The notes below the pieces were generated by a model. It ran no database searches. It saw nothing but the letters and a program-made list of their open reading frames with translations, and was not told the DNA's origin. This document shows, in pieces, positions 1-12,069 of a stretch of DNA of 64,000 nt. Within the stretch, counting starts at the first letter, position 1. Each line of letters opens with the position of its first letter. Location: the NCBI GenBank assembly GCA_965153455.1, contig OZ234493.1:4402001-4466000 (forward strand), written 5' to 3'. Source of the stretch: Sphagnum compactum. Lineage: Eukaryota. A program made the translations under genes and the position numbers.

Positions 1-316
1 GGAGTATTTGCCGTTTGCCCACATCAAGCCCCAACTCTCACCTACTGGCAAAGTGATCGACCTCACTCCATCACCCAAAAGCATGCTGTCGAGTGCTGCC
101 AGTCTAGCTTCATTTTCCAAACAGAAATGTATTCCTTTCATGCCGTCAGCTAATACAACTGACTACTACTTTCTTTTCAGCTTAATGCAGCAGAAGAAGC
201 TCAAGACAATTGTGGACTCTGAGTTTCTCTTGGAGCAAGCAGAGAAGGCTTGGGCAGCCAGCATTGCTGGGCATGCAACTGGGAAAATTGTGGTCAAGTG
301 CACAAAATGCAGCTAG
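1..316 (+). CDS. 3' end of a chloroplast envelope quinone oxidoreductase homolog (ceQORH-like, MDR/zeta-crystallin family); gene starts upstream of window
   Basis: Translation ...LSPTGKVIDLTP...LKTIVDSEFLLEQAEKAWAASIAGHATGKIVV* matches the recalled C-terminus of plant ceQORH (GKVIDITP...KTVIDSKHPLSKAEDAWAKSIDGHATGKIIV). Stop TAG at 314-316. Confidence 0.85.
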   Translation, partial: EYLPFAHIKPQLSPTGKVIDLTPSPKSMLSSAASLASFSKQKCIPFMPSANTTDYYFLFSLMQQKKLKTIVDSEFLLEQAEKAWAASIAGHATGKIVVKCTKCS

Positions 317-1610
317 AACATGGGCTTCCAAAAGGTGAAGCCAAAACACCAAAACAAAAGATTAACCATGATGAAACTCCCACAACACAAAAATTGCACA
401 CAATTTGAAAGCTAATTCCTTTCAATTTCACTGCACAATTTGAGATAATACACACCTCTTAGTTGCTGGATTGTAGTAACTCAATATTGCATAATTTGGG
501 TCATCAGATGTTGAAATTTTTGTGTGGAGGGCATGAGATAATTGCATTGGGAGTCAGAATGAAAATGTGAAATGTGAAGGTGTGCAAATGAAAATATGTT
601 ACATAGTGAAATTATGGAGGCAGATCTCTGCCGTAGTATATCATCAAGCAACAATAATTGCAACAAGTCCTTAATGAGACAAAATTTGAAATACATGGGT
701 GTGTTATGTTAGCCATGGCATGTAAACAATTCACCGCATGTGTTTGTTGGTAGAGTAATATAAGGCAAATTCAGTCGTAACTCCCTGCAAACCTTGTACT
801 CCCTTGTGGGTCAAGTGTGTACAGTGGTAGCATATTGTTAGTTTACAGCCAAATGTTCTACTACTTTTACAGAGTAATACTATCATCATAATATCTGAGG
901 ACTCCTACCATTATTTTGATTAAGAGTGAGATTGAGATGTTGTATTTCCGGTTTGTTTGCACAACCCTTTTCTTGATGAAGTATTTCCAAACTTACGCAC
1001 CACACCTCCACTTTGTTTGGGAAATATTCAGATGAGTAGGTGCGGAGGAGCTCAAGGTCCATGGAGGCTCCCTTTCATATCTTCAAAGTTGCAAAAGGTT
1101 TAGGTTTAATTTGAATGGGTCTTGAGTTTCTTGGTAAGCTAACATTTTAAACTCTTCATGCTCTGTCAGTCCTCAACCAATCAACCACTCTCCAAATAGC
1201 AATCAACTAATGTTGCAGTATATTTAACCAATTTCTACCTCATCGTTTATGAGTTGATTTTGTTCCCATACAGTGTTGAAATTAAGTCCAATATTTGTCT
1301 TGTTTTTTCTTTCTAAAATTTCTGTTAGGAAGAAGGTTTTGAATGATTTGTGGGTGATAATCCTCAAATTTTTGTAGCAAGCATGGATACAAGGAGGAGG
1401 AAATGAGGAAACCTTTGTTCCCAGGGCATAAATGCAGTGACAGTAGGGTCTCCCCCTATACTAACAATTCCTCCACACTCATGATTCACATCAACCTGGA
1501 TAGAATTATGAGATGGTGTTATCATAAAGGGTATAGAGATTTCAGAATTGACAAACATAACAGAAGTGACAAATCAGCGAGCATGAAAAGAAAAGACCCA
1601 AATCATGTGT

Positions 1611-1847
1611 CATGTTCAACATGCAAGCAACAATGACAAGAGCATGGGTTTTGATGCAAGAACCCAATCAAAGTACAGACTGATAACCTCATAACAGACT
1701 TCCATTAAATCATATATCATGTTCACATTCAAGCCATAATGAGAAAAGCATTGGTTTGGATGCAAGAATTGATCGAAGAACTGACAGACAACCTCATAAG
1801 AGACTTCCACCAAATCATACATATCGTGTTAAACATCCAAGCCACAA
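1611..1847. repeat. Degenerate tandem duplication, ~107 bp period, ~2.2 copies
   Basis: The blocks catgttcaacatgcaagc...gatgcaagaa...aacctcataacagacttccattaaatcata and catgttcacattcaagcc...gatgcaagaa...aacctcataagagacttccaccaaatcata repeat in order. Confidence 0.8.
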
Positions 1848-2129
1848 GTTTAGAAGAACAAAGGTTTTGATTGAATCATGCAATTAAAAAAAAAACTACT
1901 AGATTTCCACCTGAACTTAGCATTCAATGTTTCAAGAAAACTCCAGTTACAAGAGCAGCAATTGCATTTGTCTGATTCACACAAATTCAGCTGCCAATTT
2001 TCTGAGATTGAACACTCTTAGAGGGTAGGAAGTGCATTCAGAAGTAGAGAGACAACTGTTAGAGCCTTCAATTATGTGTAACAGACAGTCTAGTTTCACA
2101 TCAGCACATCGAAGCAAAACCTTGCTTTC

Positions 2130-5100
2130 ACACACCTGCATTTGAAAACAATGTGAATTTCTTGGACCATTTTGTTGCTGATGTTTTGTTGCTCTTCCAC
2201 TACTTAAAGAATCTTCCATATGAATCTTTCATTTCTTGGGCATTCATATTGCATTTTGTGGATTCTCTATCAACTCAAAAAGACACAAAATGCTCTACAA
2301 TGCTAATCTGATTTCTTCAGTTTTCTTCCAACATCCTCTGCAAATACTAGTCCCAATTTTCAGCTTCCCTCCAACATCCTCTACAAATTGTTGAAGCAGT
2401 TGCAATTGAGTACTTTCAGCATGATAAGTAAACTGTAGAATTCTTGTCACAAAACTACAAGGATCTGTTGAGGGTTATTTACAGCTTGATGATGCTGCAC
2501 CCCCATTTGTGTACGTTTTGTGTTTTAGAGAAGAATCAAGGGAGGCACTGACAGATTGTGGTCCTTCAATTTCATGGTTACTACAGGAGCTCAGTTTATC
2601 TTCTCCAAGCTTGCCCATGGATGATAGATTTTGGTTGAAAACTATTCTCAAGAAATCACTATAGAGGTCCCCTGTGAGAGCTTGCCACTGTCCACAGTCC
2701 ACACAGCAATCAAGCAATTGAACTCAGAAAGCTTCTTTTCACAATTGTAGATCAAGTGTGGAAGTGTGTAGAGTCACTCACTACCATGTGCACATCATTG
2801 AAGATTAGAAGAGATGGGAGCAATGAAATGTGGTGATGTGTCGAGGTAATACTGCACACAAGATTACACTGCGCACTGTTCTTCAAACTGTGCAAAAAGA
2901 AAGTGAGTGACTTCTGGAGACTTCATTTCTGAAGAGTTTCAAGCAAATGAACTTTTGTTTCTGTAGGGTGCCTCACACAGAAACATGTGGACATTACTTA
3001 GTTCAAAGCAGTTATTCAAGAAGTTTGATAGGAAGACACAAAAAAGCTCTATTTTACTCATACTTACGTCTTTCCTGCTCCAATTGGAGAATGGTTTCCG
3101 CTTCTTTCAAAGCCTTCAACTGTTTCTCCTGTTTCTCCTGGGCTGCAGTGTTCACAGCTGTGGCAAAGTAAAAAATTGCTTTTGCTGCTCTACACCTGTT
3201 TCAATCACCACATTCAGATGGTCAGAGAGAGGTGGCAAAATCATGTGATGCTGCTTCGGCTTCCATCAGTTGTTTTCCACATCTTTAGATCCAACTCTTT
3301 CTTCTGCTATGCTTACAGAATTGACAGATCAATTCAGGCAAGTTAGTGTTGCCATCATCTCCGGAAACACAAAGATAAATATTGCACTTCAGGAACAAGT
3401 GTGAATTAGTTGTGTTACAAACAGTGTCTCATTTCCATGACCATGCATCTTTGACTTATGCTTATGCATGGAGAATGGTAAGGGATTACCGAGGCTCAGC
3501 ATAAGGATCACCAGTTGTAGGTACTGCTGTAATGTCAGACATAGGAGCTGTTGTGATTACATGTGCAACGACTTCTCTACATATTTGTTCTAAGGCATGC
3601 AAATCTCCTTCATACTCCTGTGATGGACCACCATCATCTCTTTGATTCAGGCAGATTCAGTTTCTTTCTTCTTTCTTTCTTCCTTTTGGTGGATTCAAAC
3701 TAGTTGAAATGAGATGAATCCTCTCCCAGCACAGATATTTCAATTCTCATTCGGAAATTGATGGCAAAAGCCAAATATGAATTAAGAGTGAGAGATCACA
3801 AACCTCGGCAATAAAGAGTATAGCGTAGTATACATCATGGCTCAATGAATCACGGTCATAGTGCTCTTTCCCCATCCTTAGATTGTTCATCAGGTCTTGC
3901 ATTCCTTGTAGTAACTTTCCCTTCTCAAAATCTCCATACTTGAGCACTTCATCGCTCATTGCAGTTCCCAGCACTAAGATTGCATCCAGTGGGACTGTGC
4001 TCCTTTCTCCATCAGTCTGCAGCACTCAACAGTTTTTTGTCCCCTCTGTAAATCCCAGTACAACAAACCTGAAGAAACAATACAAAACTTTCTACCGACT
4101 CAAGCAGCAGCAATTTTGCCAATGTTGTCAACAAGGTATATAGCTCCAGTCACAAATCCTACAGGAGAAAGACACAAAACAGAACTGAAATATCAGAGAT
4201 GGATTCAAAGATGATGTCTGCTCCATCTCCAGGACACAAAAAATTTGTCTAAGGAGAGGAAAGACTTGTGAATGTCATCATTGTCATCATCCTCCTCTGG
4301 ACAATTTCAGAATCTAATTCCATTGTTAGGTTAATCACTGCTTTGTTTACAGTTTCTGCTCCAGAGAGTTTGCGCATATCTGATGCACCAATTAGACTCC
4401 AAAACTAAAAGAATCCGCACAGATAGAAACACATGTCCCTCCATTGTGTGTGAGATCACAAAACCTAATTTGATATCTGCGCAGAAACAATCATTTCTGA
4501 AAGCAAAAGAATCTTGTCAATGTCCATGTGTCATATTCCATTCAGTACTCTGCTGTTGGCATATGAGAAACATGGAAACGACAGAAAAATCTTTCGACAA
4601 AAGTTTTTCTGCCCTCCCAGGTCTGCAGATTGCAGATGGAATTGAAAGCATCAAACAAACAACGATCATCTCAATGATTTGAGATTGACATGCAAACTTC
4701 TGGGATCTCTTACTCACAGCCCACAATCAAGAGATTGCCTGAAGGATCATTATCACTGATCACAAGGTCTGGTGCAAAACTTGATAGACAAGATGTTTTG
4801 CACAGTTTTCAGTGCACAAAGTTTGCACAGGTTTGTTTCAGTGCCTGCATGTATCGTCATTGCATTGCAGCAGCAACTCCTCTTGTGTTTTGCTTTGGAA
4901 TTTTTGTTGTACTTCTGGTCTGTGAAGAACAAACATGAAATTGAACACTGGCTTCTGAAAATCTTTACCAGCCTTTTTGCAGATTGCAAGGATGCAGCAT
5001 GCACTTCATGTTTGTAGCCTGCCAAATACAGATAGTTGAATCTTCGCAATGCTGCCAATCCCAACACAAATTCGTAAGCAGCACGGCAAGGTCATCTGCG

Positions 5101-6178
5101 AAGTCTCAAGCATTCCTTTTTTGTCACAATATAATATTACCTATCTCAGTGTTTACCAGTGCATTTTGTGTGTCTATGTTTTACACACAAGTGCGCAAGA
5201 GAGAGATAGACCTTGGATTTTAGGACAAAGTAGAAAAATGCAATAGACCCAGGAAACACAATACTTACACGCGCACTCCAACAGAACAAAACACACTCAC
5301 TCTCGCAATGGCAAGGAGAAAGAAGGAAAAAGAGGGGTTGAAGAAGACCTGCGTGGAGGTGTTCTGCAGGATGCAAACCCTTGGCTCTCAACTCGTTCAT
5401 GACACTTTCCTCATGTTTAGTGGCATAGCCCTTGCGAACTTTGTCAATACTCTGCGACATAGCAGCTACACCACTCTTGGTAGCGTTCTTGAGAAATGCT
5501 AAACTCTTCTTGGCAAACGCTTCCACCGTCTTCTGCTCCATCCTGAAGATTACTTTGCAAGCAAGCACAAGAAGAGGTTTACAGACATATTATTGCTTCA
5601 TAAAGCTAAGAATTGAACTTGCGTTTGCTTGAAAGCTTTCAAAAGCAGAGATGTAAAGCAGTACTTAGAGAAGGACTGAAATGCGGGGCGTCAGCGTGGC
5701 TGCTCAAATCTAGCTCCTTTGCAATCTGGCGTGCAACCCATATTCCCGCCGTGCACATCTCTGGACTCTGGACCCACATTTTGCTGGCAGAGTCCTTCGA
5801 TGGCTGCTGCCTCTCTGGCAGCTACTCACTCTCTCTTTTCCCATCAAAAGCTTTTGCTTTGGGGCCGGCTGCTTTCGATTTCCCATAGCCAGCCACTGAT
5901 GTCAAAGCTTCAAACTTTGGTTTGAAGTCATGAACAAACAAGTCCATTTTAAATGGGAAGAAGGACCTTGATAGTGAGTTACAGCAGGCTGAGCACAATG
6001 AGCCAATCTCAATGAGGCACAGCAATCCATTACAGATCCTAGACAACCTCTTCTCGACAAATTGTCGGGAATTTTGCCTTGCCCTCTGCTTGACTGCATC
6101 CTCTAAATTCAGTCCTTCATTGAAAAATGGAATTTGGGGTTCCTCATCAGATGAAGAGAGAGAGAGAGAGAAATCCAC
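2130..6178 (-). pseudogene. Decayed multi-exon protein-coding gene of unrecognised family
   Basis: A series of AG/GT-bounded protein-like segments: MEQKTVEAFAKKSLAFLKNATKSG..., ...LRR*PCRAAYEFVLGLAALRRFNYLYLAGY..., ALKQTCANFVH*KLCK...LLIVG, YLGGQKNF...NGI*HMDIDKILLL, DL*LELYTLLTTLAKLLLL, FVVLGFTEGTKNC*VLQTDG...YAILFIAE, CRAAKAIFYFATAVNTAAQEKQEKQLKALKEAE. It carries in-frame stops and apparent frameshifts (~4300, ~4070). Boundaries are approximate. Confidence 0.65.
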
Positions 6179-9100
6179 CTACACGTGATGTGCATGCGCT
6201 GCTAAGATTGATGGTTCTCCTTGTAAGGGAGAGAATGCGAGATGATTTATTTGGTTTCACAGTCAAGACAGTCAAGACATGTTGCTGTGAGCTCTGAGTT
6301 CATTTTTGGGGGAACTTCATGAAATATTGCCTTTGTTGCTGATGTTTTTTCTTTCAAATTTTCTCAAGTGGGGAAATGGGGATGAGCATTCCAAGGTAGA
6401 TTTAGCATTTGTTGGGGACATGTTTTAGAAAATTGTTCAATTTTCTCTCCAAACAACAACAACAACAAAGTGACAACAGACTGCCCTCAAACTAAAAAGG
6501 CAGTTAAAAAAGTAGCAACAACCCTTTGAAAACCAAAATTTCCTTTGTATTTTAGATCAATGTTTGCAAAAAACCAGGGGTTTGCAACAACATATTCCAG
6601 TATTTAATTTTCCACCATAGTGTGGGAATTCATCACAAGAACAAACACTGGTTATTGCAGGTTTGAATCAATGCTGACAGGTTCTCAAAGATAAGCGTTT
6701 AGCCTTGGTTTGAAAGATTGCTAACAAGTTCTCCAAGTTAGGCAAGTTCTCTTGAAGTTAGGCAAGTTCAAGTAAAGTTTATAGGTCAACTTCTACGATC
6801 TCTTGGGACTGCAAGTTTCAAGTTTTGTCGGAATTTTCATTGGAACTTAACTAGGCAACTGACCTCTTTACAAAATTAAATTGAATTAAGAGCGTTGCCT
6901 TGTTTTAAGCAAGTTCACCTAAAGAAAGATAAGTACAACTTTATTATGAAAAAAAAAAAAAAAACCTTGGATTTACATTCTTCGCAAGTTATTGCATCTG
7001 ATTGGTTCTACATAAATAATATCTCATAATCTTTATTTTGAATTGTGTGTATTTGTTGAACAAACTAATATTACAAAAAAAAAGTTTCATCGTGTGTAAT
7101 GGAGATGGACCAGACCAAGGCTTAAACTGAATAGATTGTAAATTCAAGTTATGAAAATGATTAGAACCAAAAGTCTATGGAATCCAAAAAATTAGTCTCA
7201 AGATTGGATTCAAAGTTTTATCAAAAAAAAAAGGGGGTTTAAAACTGAGACTAGAGGTTCTTTTTGAAATGAAAAGTTGAACAACATTGGTTCGAACTTG
7301 CCACAAGGTTGTAAAATCATTAGGCCATGATGAATAATGTTATTTTGAGTTAAAAATTTCTTAATGATTGGGAGAGATAGACAAAGAAATACCAAACGGC
7401 ACAGACAAACACCTAAAGGCCAAAAACAAAAACCTACCATTAAGAGGTAGGAGGTGGGGGAAGGCAAGAAAAACCCTATAAACACCAGAACATCAAGGTA
7501 TGGGACCTTGAAAAGAGCCAAAAAAGGGCAAGTGATGAGCAACCCCAAGAAAATGAAAAAACTCAGAACTAGTAAACCAAGCCCAATCACAAGTAGGGCA
7601 AAAGGAATAAGCCTTGAAGAACTTATTTGAAGTAGAGACCCAAAAACTCCGCTTATCTTTGAAGCCTAAATTTAAGTTTAAGGCTCCTCAGGCCTAGTGG
7701 TATGATCCAAGTTGTTTCTTATTTTTACAAGCATAATAAACTTTTAGAGGTCTCACACGACTAGATTGTATGCTTGAGTTTTTGAAATAACATGATCTGG
7801 ATCAATGTTTGGATTCAAAGAAGGGGAACTTCGTGTAAGCGTCTTTACTTCATCCCCGATATTAGGAAACATATTCCAAAGAGATTTTGATTCATGTATT
7901 GGTGCAAATGAGAAGTATGCCTCCATATGGCCCTATATGTTCTTATTTCTTTCAATGTTGATGTCATAGATAAGATTAAATCCTTGCTGCAACAATCTTG
8001 GAGCCATTGAAATATTTGGTATGGGGGTCTTTGTGAAGAACATGGCGTATTTGTCACGTCAACCTTTTGAGGGATAATATATGCTAGCTCCATAACATAT
8101 GGAGAATCTTGTTCATTCATCTATATATTATTAAGCTATGAAAGGGTGTGTTGGGGGTGCGGGGGAGTGAGGCTCTTTAGGTAGATGAAGAATCTTTGTT
8201 GGGCTTTCAATGGAATCTTTGATTGTTGTCGTCGCTTGTTATAGTCTTGTGTAGTTGTTGCCCTTAAAATCTTATATGCAATTTGGACTTTGCCAAACCA
8301 TTGGTTAGGGATGTGGGACTCCTTTGTGAATAGCTACCATTAATCTTTCCTTCTGGTCACTCTAAATTAGAAAGGTATTTCTTTTTGAGAACCAATTGAG
8401 GTTTAAGACTTGTGTGAGGAAAATATTTGTGATCAGCCATGTGCTTAGGTAAAAAATATTTATTAGACTTTAGATTTCATTTGAGTGCAGCATGGAATTT
8501 ACAAAATAATTGGCCTTGTGACCATACCTTGATAAATTGTGTGTCTAGTTTTGCTTGTTTCTCAATTGAATGGTTGCGGCAATGCAATTCCTTCCAAGCT
8601 CCTGTTCAAGCTTGCACAGTTGTTTGCTATGCATGGAATAAGGTGACTTCTAGATAAAATGACCTAAGGTTCAAAATCAAACTTGCAATTTTGACACAAA
8701 ATATTCCATCAACTGATATTTATTTCGAGTTGTGAGTTCATTTTCTGGGAACTTAATCAACGTCCCAAACATTTGACCTTTGAATTTTTCCTTAAGAGCA
8801 ATTGTAGTGGTAGCATGAAAATGGTCTTCATGTCATTTTTTGGATGAAGTAGCATGTCACATTGATGTGAAAATGAGAATGCTTCTTCAAGCATGTGTCA
8901 TGGTGTGGCTTTCAAAAGCCCTATAAAAAGTGTTTTTGGTTGATCAACAAAAATAATTGGTTAGAAATTGACTATTGTTGATTGGTCTATTATTGTGATT
9001 GGCTCAATGTTTAATGGTAATTCAATGTGCATATGATCCAATCTCTCATGTTTATGGGTGGGGGAGGCACAAACATCAATACTACCCCTAGTGGATGTGG

Positions 9101-12069
9101 CAAATAATGATGATGTTTTTATTTTCGGTGAATTGTTGGAGGTGATTTAAAAGGGGTAGAGGAAAGTGATGTTACTAGATGTGAATTGTGAGTTTAACTT
9201 TTGGGAATTTCGTGAAACATTTTTTATTCACAAGAAGAAATCAATATGTAATTTTTATTTGAGTTTGTAATTAAAATGATTTGTAATTGCGTCGGACAAG
9301 TTACATATGATATTGGTTGTAAATGCTAATGTGATGATGATCAGTATGAGAAAAAGGGGTGTTCTGCAATTAGCCTTGCAACTCAATTTTTGAGCTGCAA
9401 CCGACATTTGCAACTCATTGAATTTATATATCGTGAGTTCTAACAAACAAGTTGCATGAGTCGCACAGTTGCAACTCATTGTATATACGGTGCAACTCAT
9501 TGCCACTCAATTAAAACAACTCATTTTCAACTACTATTCAATTCCATTATAATTACACCCATGATGTCATGCTAACGTCATCAATTGTCATCCATTTGTT
9601 AAAATCTAACAAGTGACATTATGAAGATTTTTGAACATTAAAAAATTTAAAATATTGATTTTCATCCTCCATTATGATTGTAAATGACGGTCCGAAAATG
9701 CGACATGTGGCACAATAAAATAATGAGCAACCCCTCGTCGAAGTACACGGGCTGAGAATTATCAAAAAAGTCTGTCTGAGTTTTCGTTTCATCAAAATGA
9801 CTCAGTAGAAAAATGTCACATCGCATATTTTGGAAAAAAAATTAAAAATATAAATATTTATTTTAGTAGTTAAGTAGGTCATACATAACCATAGGTAGGT
9901 AGGTAGGTGGATTGGTAAGTTTTAAAACCTACATATACCTACATATTTACTTAAGACCTACTTATTAACCTACCTATGTAAGTAGGTAAAAAAGTAGAAC
10001 CTACTTACTTAGGTATGTAAGCAAGTAGGAAAACACAAAACTATGTGCACTAAAGAATATGCATGAAATTTTTTTTTTTATTTTATGTTTTGCTTTTAAG
10101 TTAAGTTTTTTTCAACTCATCCCAAAATGACACATGTATTTTAATGTGAAAACATAAGAGAACAAGCCTTCTTTATATAGTTTATAACATGGGATTCGAA
10201 AATAAAACATATGGGTTAAATTTTTTAGTTGTTCATTAGTTGCAATTGAGTTGCAACTATAATATTTAAACGTTCAATGCAAGCTAGATTCAAAGGGGGT
10301 CTCCATTGTTTTTGACATTTAAATAAAACTTAAACCCCTTTTACCAACACATCTAGTGCACTAAAAATTGTCATAAATGAAATAGAATTGAGAAAATTAT
10401 GGCCCCTCAAAATAGAGGGGTCAAAAAGTCAAAAAACAAACCACCAAATGCTACAAAATCCAATTCCCAAACACCCACAAAATTCTTTATATGTTGCTTT
10501 GTTATTGTTAGAGCTCAAAGATAATTTGTAAAACTTCAAATGACATTCCTATATCACTTTAAATTGTTTAAAATAAATAAGAAATAAGGAAGTTATGAGG
10601 TTTGAAAGTAGGAAGGGTCCAAAGAAAAAAAAGGAAAAAAAATAGTTTTATAAATTGGAAAGCTTATTTCTCTTCTTGTTATTTTTTCATTACTCATTTT
10701 CCTTTGCACTTCAAAAATGATTCAAAACTTGAAAGAACGTTCCCATAACATTTTAAATCACTCAAAATGAACACATATGATAAAGATATAAATAATTGAT
10801 GAATATGTATTCTTATTAAATTGTAAGTAATTGTTTTATAATCATAATATAGTCGAACAATAGTACTTTAGTAATAGCGCACTAATAACCATACTAATTG
10901 TATCAATGGGAACTATAATCGAAAACTAGATTTTTTATCCCAAACACTTTGGTTTCCCTTTCAATTGTCTCAACTCCATAAATAAATTAACTAATTCATT
11001 AATTTCTTATCTAAATATAATTAACTTACTTATTATTTATTTATTATATACCTACTTACCAACTTATTACCTATCTACCTACGAATAATAATAGGTAATA
11101 ATGGTATCAAATATTAATTAATAGTTACTATTAACTAATTAATTAATTAATCAATCAGTATTTAAAATTAATGACTAAATAGTTAATAAATTATTTATTT
11201 ATTATTAGATATTAAATATCAATTGATTGATAACTAGGTCTAGTTTATTAACTTGTATTTAATTTTAATGATGAAATAGTTAATTAATAACTTATAAAAA
11301 TTAATTGAATACTGGATTTCAAACTAGTTAGTAATTAATTAATATTAAATGAATAATTCTTAATATTAATAACTTTAAATTTTAATGATTGCAATGTTCC
11401 AATCTCCAGAGGAAACCATGGGCCCATCCCATCCAATGTCACAATCTTACTGGAAGAAAGCAATTCTTGGTGATGATAATATTTCACAATCCTTTTCATG
11501 ACAGAACTTTTGCATCATACCAAATGTGGCAGGGAAGCTTGAAATATGCAATTTCAGATGATGAAAAAATAGATTTCCTCTTGCTATATATACTTCCTTA
11601 TTTTACAAAGATTGTTTGTGTTAGGCATATAAAAAATCCATAGATAATTCTTGGTAGTTCTTGATAGATAATCCATTGATAATGCAAAATTCTTGTCGGC
11701 TTCAGTTTCTTTTTGAACTGATGTGCACATTTTCCCTGCATTCTATTCGATTTGTCGAAAGGAAGTATACCAAGTAAACAAAAATAATAATAACTTCCAT
11801 AAGCAACAATTGAATGAACTTCGTAAATCTTAGTGACTGTGCTATGAAATTTGCAAGCAACATGTCCCAACTGTGGTAAAGTGGTGAATTTGGAGGAGGA
11901 GAAGTGGAGATCAAAATGCTAGTTCATCTATAAAATCAATTCCTGTTGCTATAGGTCTAGAAATCAACAACCGATTTGGAGCAACCATCTGCGAGTAAAT
12001 TAGCCACAACAGACTACAGGTTGAACATAGTCGACTGGAAGGCAAAAAGGAGCTCAAAGTTGAGTTTCT

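Noticed and set aside
4026-5094. Repeated in-frame TGA read as selenocysteine or recoding
   Set aside because: Land plants lack the Sec machinery, no SECIS was seen, and TAG/TAA stops and frameshifts also occur. CpG decay is simpler.
7300-8700. Possible LINE/Helitron coding relic
   Set aside because: The composition is suggestive, but I could not recover a diagnostic RT, endonuclease or helicase motif.
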